This document shows positions 47,732 through 56,107 of a stretch of DNA of 57,715 nucleotides, piece after piece. The stretch is from Parcubacteria group bacterium (GTDB taxonomy: Bacteria; Patescibacteriota; Patescibacteriia; Patescibacteriales; GWC2-42-12). Below the pieces are notes generated by a model. It was not told the DNA's origin. It ran no database searches and worked only from the letters and a program-made list of their open reading frames with translations. A program made the position numbers and the translations under genes. Positions within the stretch are counted from its first letter, which is position 1. Each line of letters begins with the position of its first letter. Location of the stretch: NCBI GenBank assembly GCA_016188785.1, contig JACPHD010000017.1, positions 1 through 57,715 of the forward strand. The letters run 5' to 3'.

Positions 47732-49207
47732 ATGGAATTAAATACCCTGACCATTAAGCAAGCCGGACAGATGCTGGCCAAGAAAGAGATTAGTTCGGTT
47801 GATCTGACTAAGGCATGTTTAGCGCGCATTAAAGAGGTTGACGGAAAAATCAAGGCTTGTTTAACGGTTTGCGAAAACGAAGCGCTGACCCAGGCCAAGA
47901 CAGCCGACGCCAGAAGAAGCAAGGGCGAGCAGGGCGAACTATTGGGCATACCTATGTTAGTTAAAGATGTTATCATGACCAAAGAAGTTAGGACTACGGC
48001 CGCGTCGCGAATTTTAGATAATTATACCGCGCCTTATGATGCCACCGTGGTCCGCCGATTAAAAGCCGCTGGCGCGGTCTTACTAGGTAAAACCAATACT
48101 GATGAATTTGCCCACGGCTCTTCAACTGAAAACTCGGCTTATTGGACCTCGCGTAACCCCTGGGATTTAACCAGAGTGCCGGGCGGTTCTTCGGGCGGCT
48201 CGGCCGCCGGCGTGGCGGCTGACATGTCAATTTTTGCCTTGGGCACGGATACGGGAGGATCAACCAGATATCCGGCGGCATTCTGCGGTATTGTTGGTTT
48301 AAAGCAAACTTACGGCCGGTCTTCCAGGTTCGGCCTTATGGCCATGACCAGCTCAACCGATGTGCCGGGAATCTTCGGTAAGACCGTGGCAGACGTGGCC
48401 CTAGTTTTAAATAAAATGGCCGGAGTTGATAAGAATGACGCCACTACTGTAAATGACCTAGTGCCGGATTATGGCAAAGAGTTGAGCAAGTCCCTTAAAG
48501 GCCTTACCATAGGTTTGCCGGCTGAATATTTTATTAAAGGGATCCATCAAGGCGTGATTAAAGCCATAAATCAGGCTATGGAGACTTTTAAAAACTTGGG
48601 TGTAAAATTCAAGCCAGTTAGCTTGCCACTGACTAAATACGCTTTGCCGGTTTATTATATAATCTGCCCTGCGGAAATCAGCTCTAATCTGGCCCGTTTT
48701 GACGGAATTGGTTACGGATTTTCCGAACAAAACGGCGTCAAGAATTTATATGAGACATATGCCAAAAGCCGGGGTAAAGGTTTTGGTCTGGAAGCCAAAC
48801 GTCGGATCATGCTAGGCACTTACGCTTTATCGGCCGGTTATTACGACGCCTATTATTTAAAAGCGCAAAAGGTTAGGAGCAAACTCCGGCAGGAAATGTA
48901 TCAAGCCCTGGAAGAAGTGGATTGCCTTTTAACGCCAACCGCGCCGCATCCGGCTTTTAAGATAGGCCAGCAAGTGGATGATCCGTTAAAAATGTATTTG
49001 GAAGACATTTTTATGGTTGCCCCGTCGCTGGCCGGACTGCCCGGGCTTTCCGTGCCTTGCGGTTTTGCCGTACCGGATGACGGAGAAACCCCCCTGCCGG
49101 TCGGTCTGCAGTTAATCGGCAAACGTTTAGATGAAACGACAATTTTGCGGGTTGGCCATCAGTATGAGCAAGCGACCGAATGGCACAAACAGAAGGCAAA
49201 AATATAA
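47732..49207 (+). CDS. gatA: Asp/Glu-tRNA amidotransferase subunit A
   Basis: amidase signature PGGSSGGSAA, GTDTGGS, SSNLARFDG. Confidence 0.98.
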   Translation: MELNTLTIKQAGQMLAKKEISSVDLTKACLARIKEVDGKIKACLTVCENEALTQAKTADARRSKGEQGELLGIPMLVKDVIMTKEVRTTAASRILDNYTAPYDATVVRRLKAAGAVLLGKTNTDEFAHGSSTENSAYWTSRNPWDLTRVPGGSSGGSAAGVAADMSIFALGTDTGGSTRYPAAFCGIVGLKQTYGRSSRFGLMAMTSSTDVPGIFGKTVADVALVLNKMAGVDKNDATTVNDLVPDYGKELSKSLKGLTIGLPAEYFIKGIHQGVIKAINQAMETFKNLGVKFKPVSLPLTKYALPVYYIICPAEISSNLARFDGIGYGFSEQNGVKNLYETYAKSRGKGFGLEAKRRIMLGTYALSAGYYDAYYLKAQKVRSKLRQEMYQALEEVDCLLTPTAPHPAFKIGQQVDDPLKMYLEDIFMVAPSLAGLPGLSVPCGFAVPDDGETPLPVGLQLIGKRLDETTILRVGHQYEQATEWHKQKAKI

Positions 49208-49214
49208 AAGTAAC

Positions 49215-49386
49215 TGTCATTGCGAGCGACCGCATCTGCGGGGCATCTGCGGGGGAGCGAAGCCTGCCCGCCATCGCTACGCTCAGGCGTTGCGGGCGCG
49301 GCAATCTCACATATGGCGAGTTTAGATAAAAGTTTATTATTCGTGAGATTGCCGCGTCGTCGCTAACGCTCCTCCTCGCAATGACA
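49215..49386. repeat. full GTCATTGCGAG-family REP-like element with nested palindromes
   Basis: TGTCATTGCGAG...GCGGCAATCTCAC / GTGAGATTGCCGC...CTCGCAATGACA. Confidence 0.9.
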
Positions 49387-49395
49387 TTTTTAATT

Positions 49396-49971
49396 ATGCA
49401 AAAACGAAAAATAATTTTAGCTTCTAAATCGCCGAGAAGAAAAAAATTACTAGAGCAGATTGGCCTGGAATTTGAAATTTGCCAAAGCAATTTTGATGAG
49501 GACAGCGTAATTTTAGCCGACCCAATTGAGTTGGCTAAATTTTTAGCTTTAAAAAAGGCTGAAGCCGTGGCCAAAAATTATGATGACGCCATAATTATCG
49601 GCGCCGACACTTTTACTATTTTAGAAAATAAATTTATCGGTAAACCTAAAGATAAGGATGAAGCCAGAATAATTTTAAAAAATTTTTCCGGCCGCGAGCA
49701 CAAAGTTATTACCGGTTTAGCCATAATTGATACGGCGAGCGGTCAGGTTATTAAAGAAACGGGCCAGGCTGTTATAAAATTCAGAAATTTAGACGAGCGG
49801 GAAATAGAAGACTATATAGCCACCGGCGAACCGCTGGACGCGGCTGGCGCTTATAATATGAATGACCACGGCGCGGCTTTAGTGGAAAGCATCAGTGGCG
49901 ACTATTATACCGTAGTCGGTTTGCCTTTGAGTAAATTATATGTGGAGTTGAGAAAGCTGGGAGCGATATAA
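49396..49971 (+). CDS. maf: Maf family nucleotide pyrophosphatase
   Basis: IILASKSPRR, IGADT, GEPLDAAGAY, VVGLPL. Confidence 0.95.
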   Translation: MQKRKIILASKSPRRKKLLEQIGLEFEICQSNFDEDSVILADPIELAKFLALKKAEAVAKNYDDAIIIGADTFTILENKFIGKPKDKDEARIILKNFSGREHKVITGLAIIDTASGQVIKETGQAVIKFRNLDEREIEDYIATGEPLDAAGAYNMNDHGAALVESISGDYYTVVGLPLSKLYVELRKLGAI

Positions 49972-49978
49972 ATAATCC

Positions 49979-50068
49979 GGAAGAGTCGCCTAGTGGCCGA
50001 TGGCGCGCGCTTGGAAAGCGCGTAAGGTGTAAAAGCCTTCGAGGGTTCGAATCCCTCCTCTTCCGCCA
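49979..50068 (+). tRNA. tRNA-Ser(GGA)
   Basis: GGAAGAG/CTCTTCC acceptor stem, CGCGC-TTGGAAA-GCGCG anticodon arm, long variable arm, GGTTCGAATCC, encoded CCA. Confidence 0.96.
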
Positions 50069-50091
50069 AGACATTTTTTGCCTAAATATAT

Positions 50092-52200
50092 ATGAGTCTT
50101 CTTAATTATATTTTGCCGGCCTTGTCTCAGCTTGGCCTATGGGGGTATTGGCTGGTTTTACTTATTTCATTCTTGGAATCTTTAGTGTTAGCCGGCGAAA
50201 TAGTGCCAGGCACCGTGCTGGTTGTGTTGGCCGGTTTTTTGTCAGCGCAGGGGTTTTTGGATATGGGCTATCTTGTTTGGTTTGCCACCATCGGCGCGAT
50301 TCTTGGCGACTGGTTAAGTTTCTATCTGGGCGCTAAAGGAACGAATTTTTTCCGCAGTGAAAATAAATTATTGAAAGCCGCGCATCTGCAACTCGGCGAA
50401 CGTTTTTTTTATCAGCATGGGAGCAAAAGTGTTTTTTTGGGCAGATTTATCGGCCCGCTCCGCCCCATTATTCCGTTTGTCGCCGGCCTGTCTAAAATGG
50501 ACAAGAAAAAATTTTTGTTTTGGAATATTATTAGCGCTTTTTTATGGTCAACGTCTTATCTGGCGCTTGGTTTCTTTTTTGGCAGTTCGCTGGCCATTAT
50601 TGAAGCCTGGACCACGTTAGCCGGCTATATCTTCGTTATCTTATTATTGTTCTTTTTGCTATTTTTTTTAATAAAAGCCTTAGTTGTTAAGCATGGCCGG
50701 CATATCATTGAGTTTGCCGGCTCGGTATTTTTATCTATTCGGGAAGCGATAATTTTAAATCCAGATGTTCAAAAGCTGTTTAAACGGCATCCGCGATTTT
50801 TTACGTTTCTGGGTCAGCGGCTTAATCGCGCTTCGTTTTCAGGTTTGCCCATAACGTTAATTTCAATTGGCTTTATTTATATCTTGTTTCTGTCCTTCGG
50901 CGTCATTCAAGCTATTTTAACTTCGGGCCAGATTGTCGCCGTTGATTTTAGAATCGCTCATTTGTTGGCTTATTTCAGAAACCCGGAGCTGATCAAGATA
51001 TTTTTATGGATTACTTTGTTAGGCAACTGGCAAATAGTTATCGCCGCCACCATCGCCGTTTCCATTATTCTGTGGCTCTGGCGGAAAAGGGATTATATCG
51101 GCTATCTCTGGCTGGCTTTAGCCGCTGACGGTTTATTTACTTATTTAGGCAAACTTGCCGTTCGTCGCGCCAGGCCCGGTAATCCCGTTTATCTTGAAAA
51201 TTCTTTTTCTTTTCCCAGCGGCCATGCTATGGTGTCAGTAGTTTTTTTCGGCTGGCTTGGCTATCTGCTAATCCGTGAGCTTAAAAGCTGGCAGCAGAAA
51301 GTTAACGTTTTTTTTGTTTGCCTTATGCTGGCCGCCGCCATCGGTTTTAGCCGGCTTTATTTAGCCGTTCACTATTTCAGCGATGTTTGGGGCGGCTATC
51401 TTCTTGGCTTGCTTATTCTCGCGACTGTTATAACGCTTTATGAGCGGCGGCGATTTAAAAAAGACCAAATTATTAGCCAGGTTGCCGCGCTAACGCCGGC
51501 CGCGAAGATGGCTATGGCTATGATTATTGTCATAAGCGCTGCCGGGTATGCTGGTTTTGCTTACTTTCATCAGCCAAAATTTGTCGCGCCGGCCGCGCCA
51601 AGCGCGCAAGCTGTATCTGGCGATATTACGGCGTATTTTTCCGATCAGGGCATTTCAAAATACTCGGAAACACTTAGCGGCAATCCGCAGGAACCGTTAG
51701 GGTTTATTTTTTTGGCGAAAAATGACGATGTTCTTGTTCAGAGTTTTGGAAAATCAGCTTGGTTTTTAGCGGATCGCGTTGACTTTTTTTCAGTAGCCAA
51801 AATCGCCGAAGCCGCGTTGACCAATAGCCAGTACTTCAACGCGCCCATGACGCCATCGTTTTGGCAGGCCGCGGTCAATGATTTCGGCTTTGAAAAGCCC
51901 ACCGAAATCAACACCGTCCGCCAGCGGCACCATATTCGCGTTTGGAAAACAAATCTAAGGCAGGGCGATTATTTGATTTATGTCGGAACCGCTAGCTTGG
52001 ATCAGGGAATGAAATGGCTGATTACTCATAAAATTAATCCGGACATAGATACTGAACGGAATTTCGTAAAAGAAAATTTGCAGTCAGCCGGAGTGGTCGC
52101 GGAGGCGCGAGAAGTGCAATTTGTCAGTCCGGCGCTGGGAAAAAATTTTGGCAATGACCCCTTTTTTACCAATGGAAAACTTTTTGTGATTCGTTTTTAA
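50092..52200 (+). CDS. DedA + PAP2 phosphatase + LssY-like C-terminal fusion
   Basis: DedA FLES...PG and GRFIGPLR; PAP2 RARP, SFPSGH, SRLYLAVHY; LssY-like RHHIRVW and HKINPDID. Confidence 0.9.
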   Translation: MSLLNYILPALSQLGLWGYWLVLLISFLESLVLAGEIVPGTVLVVLAGFLSAQGFLDMGYLVWFATIGAILGDWLSFYLGAKGTNFFRSENKLLKAAHLQLGERFFYQHGSKSVFLGRFIGPLRPIIPFVAGLSKMDKKKFLFWNIISAFLWSTSYLALGFFFGSSLAIIEAWTTLAGYIFVILLLFFLLFFLIKALVVKHGRHIIEFAGSVFLSIREAIILNPDVQKLFKRHPRFFTFLGQRLNRASFSGLPITLISIGFIYILFLSFGVIQAILTSGQIVAVDFRIAHLLAYFRNPELIKIFLWITLLGNWQIVIAATIAVSIILWLWRKRDYIGYLWLALAADGLFTYLGKLAVRRARPGNPVYLENSFSFPSGHAMVSVVFFGWLGYLLIRELKSWQQKVNVFFVCLMLAAAIGFSRLYLAVHYFSDVWGGYLLGLLILATVITLYERRRFKKDQIISQVAALTPAAKMAMAMIIVISAAGYAGFAYFHQPKFVAPAAPSAQAVSGDITAYFSDQGISKYSETLSGNPQEPLGFIFLAKNDDVLVQSFGKSAWFLADRVDFFSVAKIAEAALTNSQYFNAPMTPSFWQAAVNDFGFEKPTEINTVRQRHHIRVWKTNLRQGDYLIYVGTASLDQGMKWLITHKINPDIDTERNFVKENLQSAGVVAEAREVQFVSPALGKNFGNDPFFTNGKLFVIRF

Positions 52201-52207
52201 AAAACAA

Positions 52208-52240
52208 TAAAAGAGAGCGGATGTACCTACTCTCTTTATA
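52208..52240. terminator. possible bidirectional terminator between convergent genes
   Basis: AAAGAGAG...CTCTCTTT stem with A/T-rich flanks. Confidence 0.45.
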
Positions 52241-52266
52241 TCTTCTCTTGATTCTCTGTATTGTTT

Positions 52267-53346
52267 TTATCTGCGGCCCCGATTAGACCCCCGCCTGTCT
52301 TCATCGTTACGTCTAACGTCTAATTTTAGCTCCAGCGCGTCAAGAATGTTGCCAGCAGTGATCAAGGAAAGTCTTGAAAATATTCCGTCAATAATCGCTT
52401 CTCGGCTGGTTGAGGCAACGGCAAAAGTAAATTCAGCTTTGACTTTAGTGGCATTATTTTCCACTACTCCGGCCCTTACCCTTAATTTTTCTTTTATCAC
52501 GGGCATCTGGGCCATAACTTGGCCCCTGATCTCGCCATTCGGGTTATTTACCGTATGCACATTGATATAGGCGCCTCCGTTCCTTAATAAATCTATCAGG
52601 CTGGAAAGCGGCTGTCCGGCCAACGGACCGGTAAGGTCAGATGCTCTTATTACTCCCTCGGCTAATACTCCGCTAAAGAGGCCGGTTTTGGTCGGGCCGG
52701 TAAAGAGGTTAGCCACTATCGGACCGTTTACGCCCATAACTCCCTGGTGAATATGCGCGGCGGTCGCATCCGTTATATTGGAGACCATAACATTAAACCT
52801 TAATTCAGTGTCATTCATCTGTAAGTTAAGATTAGTTGTGCCGCTGGCGCTGGTGGTGGCTATGGCCGGCACTTCCTCCGCGCCTGAAAGAACCGCTCTA
52901 AAATTATCAATTTCTTCAGCTTCATTTTTTATGGTTAATAATCGCGCGATGTCATTCCGGCTAAGCCTGATTCTGTCCAAAGTTTCTTGAACTATGGCCG
53001 CGCTGTCAGTCGCGTCAGTGGCAAAATTCACTTTCACTTTAGCTTCGGAAACATTGGCAAAAGTTTCGGCGCTGACACGGATTTCATTTTCCGAGCCGCG
53101 ATTTTCCCGGCGCTCTGCCATTCGGCCTTCTGCTTGGCGCATACTCATGCGCCTCATGTTCATGTTATCCATTCTTCCGCGGTCGGCACGCATTTCGCCG
53201 GAGCGTCCGCGCCCTCGGCCATGGCCGCCACCGTCCGATCCTGACTTAGCCAGCGCCTCAACTCCGAATGAAGTCAATAGAACAATGGCTACAACCAGGA
53301 TAGCCTTAAGTGATTTTTTAAATATTTTATTATTGCTTGTTCTCAT
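52267..53346 (-). CDS. secreted CHRD-domain protein
   Basis: signal peptide; LSGAEEVP, AAHIH, YINVHT..NPNGEIRGQ. Confidence 0.9.
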   Translation of the reverse strand: MRTSNNKIFKKSLKAILVVAIVLLTSFGVEALAKSGSDGGGHGRGRGRSGEMRADRGRMDNMNMRRMSMRQAEGRMAERRENRGSENEIRVSAETFANVSEAKVKVNFATDATDSAAIVQETLDRIRLSRNDIARLLTIKNEAEEIDNFRAVLSGAEEVPAIATTSASGTTNLNLQMNDTELRFNVMVSNITDATAAHIHQGVMGVNGPIVANLFTGPTKTGLFSGVLAEGVIRASDLTGPLAGQPLSSLIDLLRNGGAYINVHTVNNPNGEIRGQVMAQMPVIKEKLRVRAGVVENNATKVKAEFTFAVASTSREAIIDGIFSRLSLITAGNILDALELKLDVRRNDEDRRGSNRGRR

Positions 53347-53472
53347 AAATTTGGGGTGTTGTTTTGAATTATTATGCCCTCTTAATTTAATAGTTCAAAG
53401 CAACTTTTAAAGAGTTATATTTCGATCTTTCCATGGAATGGCTCGTCTAGTGAAGAGCCTTGCCCTAATTAA

Positions 53473-53498
53473 GACGATTATATAAAACTTTTCTTACA
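53473..53498 (-). promoter_or_regulatory. ECF-type promoter for the CHRD gene
   Basis: TGTAAGA, 15 bp, CGTC on the minus strand; same layout as 55152-55177. Confidence 0.7.
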
Positions 53499-53503
53499 AC
53501 AAG

Positions 53504-54616
53504 CTAATTATCGCCATAATTACTGCCTGAATTACCGCGGTCGCGACCGTTATCTTTATTTTTACCCCGATTATCTTGTTTTTCTGGTTTTTCTTGCAAA
53601 ATAGCATCAATCTGCGGCAGAATTTCTTTAAGCCGTTCTTCTTTGATAATTAGCGCGGTTTCAATAAGCGCCTTGGATTGCTTTAATGAATCAGTAGCAT
53701 CATTTACTTCATCAGCGGCGTTATGAAAATCCCCTTTATTAAATTTTTCTTGAGCCCTTTTTAATTCATCTTTGGTCTTGGCCAACTGATCTTCTGATTT
53801 AGAGGCAATGTCGTTTAATAGCCTGTTCTGGTTGTCTTTGATCAATTTTTCAACTGCTTGGCCGTCTTTGGCCGCGGAGTTAATTTTTTCTTGGATTAGG
53901 TTCTGGTTTGAGCCGCTGGCCGGCTCTTTTTTCCGCGTTTCCGCCTGGTCTTTTTTAAGTTCTTCTTGAGCATCTTTAACTTCATAGCGTTGGCCGTTTT
54001 GGTTTTTCCGGCCATGCTCAACGAGCAAAGGCTCGGCGGCTGGTTTCATTTTTATTATCTGTTCATAAATTTTTAAAGATAAGTCCAGTTTATCATGTAT
54101 TTCGTCGGCCTCTTTCATTAGGCCTTCTTGCTGGAGCGCGCGGGTTTGGCTCAAAGCGTCTTTTATATGGGCGCTGAATTGCCAGGAAGTTTCCTCTAGC
54201 AAAGACGGGTCAATCTTTTCCGCGGTTTCTGCCTGAAGTTTTTTTATCTCGCCGATTCTGTCATAAGCCTGCTGGATTCTAAAATCTACTTTTGACTGGC
54301 CGGCCGGGACAAGCTCGGCTCTTAATTTTTCCACGGTAATTTTAACCGGATAGAGCAAATCGCCAGGCAGGCTTTTTTTGGCCGCCAGGGCGCTGGCGCC
54401 GCCGGCTATTATAATAAAAAGCGCGGCCAGGCCGGCGGCGGTCCGGATAAAACGGAAAGAAAAATCAGCCAGCGCGACTTTAGCGGCCGGTTCGTCTTTT
54501 GGGTTCACTTTCAGGTAATTTAACAAATTATCGCGAAATGATCGCAAAAATTTTTCGTTCAAAGGAATTTTTTGCGCTTGGCTAAATAATGAAAATAATT
54601 TATTTTTTTTGTCCAT
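53504..54616 (-). CDS. putative anti-sigma factor with a DUF5667-like domain
   Basis: short cytoplasmic N-terminus, one TM helix, SLPGDLLYPVK; directly downstream of the ECF sigma. Confidence 0.8.
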   Translation of the reverse strand: MDKKNKLFSLFSQAQKIPLNEKFLRSFRDNLLNYLKVNPKDEPAAKVALADFSFRFIRTAAGLAALFIIIAGGASALAAKKSLPGDLLYPVKITVEKLRAELVPAGQSKVDFRIQQAYDRIGEIKKLQAETAEKIDPSLLEETSWQFSAHIKDALSQTRALQQEGLMKEADEIHDKLDLSLKIYEQIIKMKPAAEPLLVEHGRKNQNGQRYEVKDAQEELKKDQAETRKKEPASGSNQNLIQEKINSAAKDGQAVEKLIKDNQNRLLNDIASKSEDQLAKTKDELKRAQEKFNKGDFHNAADEVNDATDSLKQSKALIETALIIKEERLKEILPQIDAILQEKPEKQDNRGKNKDNGRDRGNSGSNYGDN

Positions 54617-54620
54617 ATGT

Positions 54621-55145
54621 TTATTTAAGGCTGCCTTTTAACAATTTTAACCCGCGGTGCAACATGACATAGATGTTAGCGGCAGTTTTACCGGTTATTT
54701 GCTTGATTTCTTTTATGCTTAATTCGTCAAGGTAGCGATAGATAATAATTTCCCGATAGCGTGGCGGTAATTTATCTAAATATTTTTTTAAAAATACATC
54801 TGAAAATTGCTTATCCACCAGGTCTTGGGCTGACGGCGCTTCGGCCGCCGGCTCTTTAATCAGGTCTGTCAAAGAGACTGGCCGGTCTGATTTTTTCCGA
54901 TAATAGTCAATAATGAGGTTATTGGCCACTTTATACAGGAAACTTTTGAGATTTTTAATCTCCTGGCCTTGGCGCAAAAATTGCCATGTTTTTAAGAACG
55001 TTTCCGATAATATGTCTTCAGCCGCCGAACGGTTGCTCACCCGAATATAAATATGCCGTAAGATATTACGAGAATAGTTGTCATAGGCTTGCATAAACTG
55101 AATTTCAGCTTCTGGTTTCTGGTTGGGAAATATTAGTTCTATCAT
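54621..55145 (-). CDS. ECF RNA polymerase sigma factor
   Basis: AEDILSETFLKTW and FLYKVANNLIIDYYR (sigma2), LDKLP...HRGLK (sigma4); ATG 55145 chosen. Confidence 0.95.
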   Translation of the reverse strand: MIELIFPNQKPEAEIQFMQAYDNYSRNILRHIYIRVSNRSAAEDILSETFLKTWQFLRQGQEIKNLKSFLYKVANNLIIDYYRKKSDRPVSLTDLIKEPAAEAPSAQDLVDKQFSDVFLKKYLDKLPPRYREIIIYRYLDELSIKEIKQITGKTAANIYVMLHRGLKLLKGSLK

Positions 55146-55151
55146 AGTGAT

Positions 55152-55177
55152 GACGAAAAAAGCGCGGTTTTCTTGCA
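55152..55177 (-). promoter_or_regulatory. autoregulatory ECF promoter, probably leaderless
   Basis: TGCAAGA, 15 bp, CGTC, then 6 nt to the ATG. Confidence 0.7.
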
Positions 55178-55183
55178 AAAATA

Positions 55184-55579
55184 CTATGATTTAAGAATTG
55201 TTAATAAATAAGTGTAGATCGCGTAAGCCATGGCTAAAAAAGAGAAAAAGAAAATCGCGATATAATTCCATTTAGCCAAACTGGTGCCCAGGCTTTTTAA
55301 AATATAAAGCAAGGCGGTTTTTTCTTCAGCCTTAAACGATTGGCTGGTTTGTATTTTTTCAACTAAATTAAGCTTTTTAATAAGCTGGTCGCGATGATTT
55401 TCTATGTTAAAACGATGGGCAAAATACCAGATAAAGCCGATCGTGCCGATATACCAGGACACCTCTACCCAGAACCGGCTATAGTTATTTAAAATGATGA
55501 CTGCCCGGTAGGCGATAGTGGCGATAACGCCAACTGTAAAAATAAAGATTCTATAAACAGAACTGTTTAGGCGCGGCAT
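55184..55579 (-). CDS. three-TM hypothetical protein
   Basis: 131 aa with hydrophobic helices; WYIGTIGFIWYFAHR. Confidence 0.75.
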   Translation of the reverse strand: MPRLNSSVYRIFIFTVGVIATIAYRAVIILNNYSRFWVEVSWYIGTIGFIWYFAHRFNIENHRDQLIKKLNLVEKIQTSQSFKAEEKTALLYILKSLGTSLAKWNYIAIFFFSFLAMAYAIYTYLLTILKS

Positions 55580-55681
55580 AGTTTTTTGTTATTTAAGTTT
55601 AATTATCTTATAATATTACCATATTTTTTATTCTATGATAAGATAGTTAAGACAGATTAAAATTTACTTAAATTTAAAATT

Positions 55682-55996
55682 ATGAGGCTAATATTAGATA
55701 AAAATGTTTTAGACCAAGCGCCGGAGCAATTATTAAGGCAGGCCGGTTATGCTTATTTAATGGATCGGCGCACCGGCCAGGAAAGCTATGCGCGCCGGTT
55801 TGGCCGCGGTTTTTACCCCAGATTTCACTTGTATTTAGAAGAGCAGGGCGGCCAGGTAATTTTTAATCTGCATTTGGATCAGAAACAGGCCAGCTATGAA
55901 GGCGCGCACGCGCATAATGCCGAGTATGACGGGGAACTAGTGGAAGAGGAGATGAGGAGGATAAAGAGTTATACAAAAACTGATTTTAGATTTTGA
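55682..55996 (+). CDS. hypothetical protein upstream of dnaG
   Basis: YPRFHLY, LHLDQK, HNAEYDG; His-rich motifs. Confidence 0.8.
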   Translation: MRLILDKNVLDQAPEQLLRQAGYAYLMDRRTGQESYARRFGRGFYPRFHLYLEEQGGQVIFNLHLDQKQASYEGAHAHNAEYDGELVEEEMRRIKSYTKTDFRF

Positions 55997-56001
55997 AGAA
56001 T

Positions 56002-56103
56002 ATTCAATTTTCAATTTTCAAACAATTTTCAATGCTTTAATTTTCAATTGAAAATTTATTAATTGATCATTCATTGATAATTGGTAATTGTAAATTGATA
56101 ATT
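56002..56103. repeat. heptamer hairpin
   Basis: (TTCAATT)n arm vs. (AATTGAT/AATTGGT)n arm, ending just before the dnaG ATG. Confidence 0.7.
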
Positions 56104-56107
56104 ATTT

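Noticed and set aside
49979-55600. Genomic island integrated at tRNA-Ser
   Set aside because: No integrase and no duplicated tRNA 3' end found by eye
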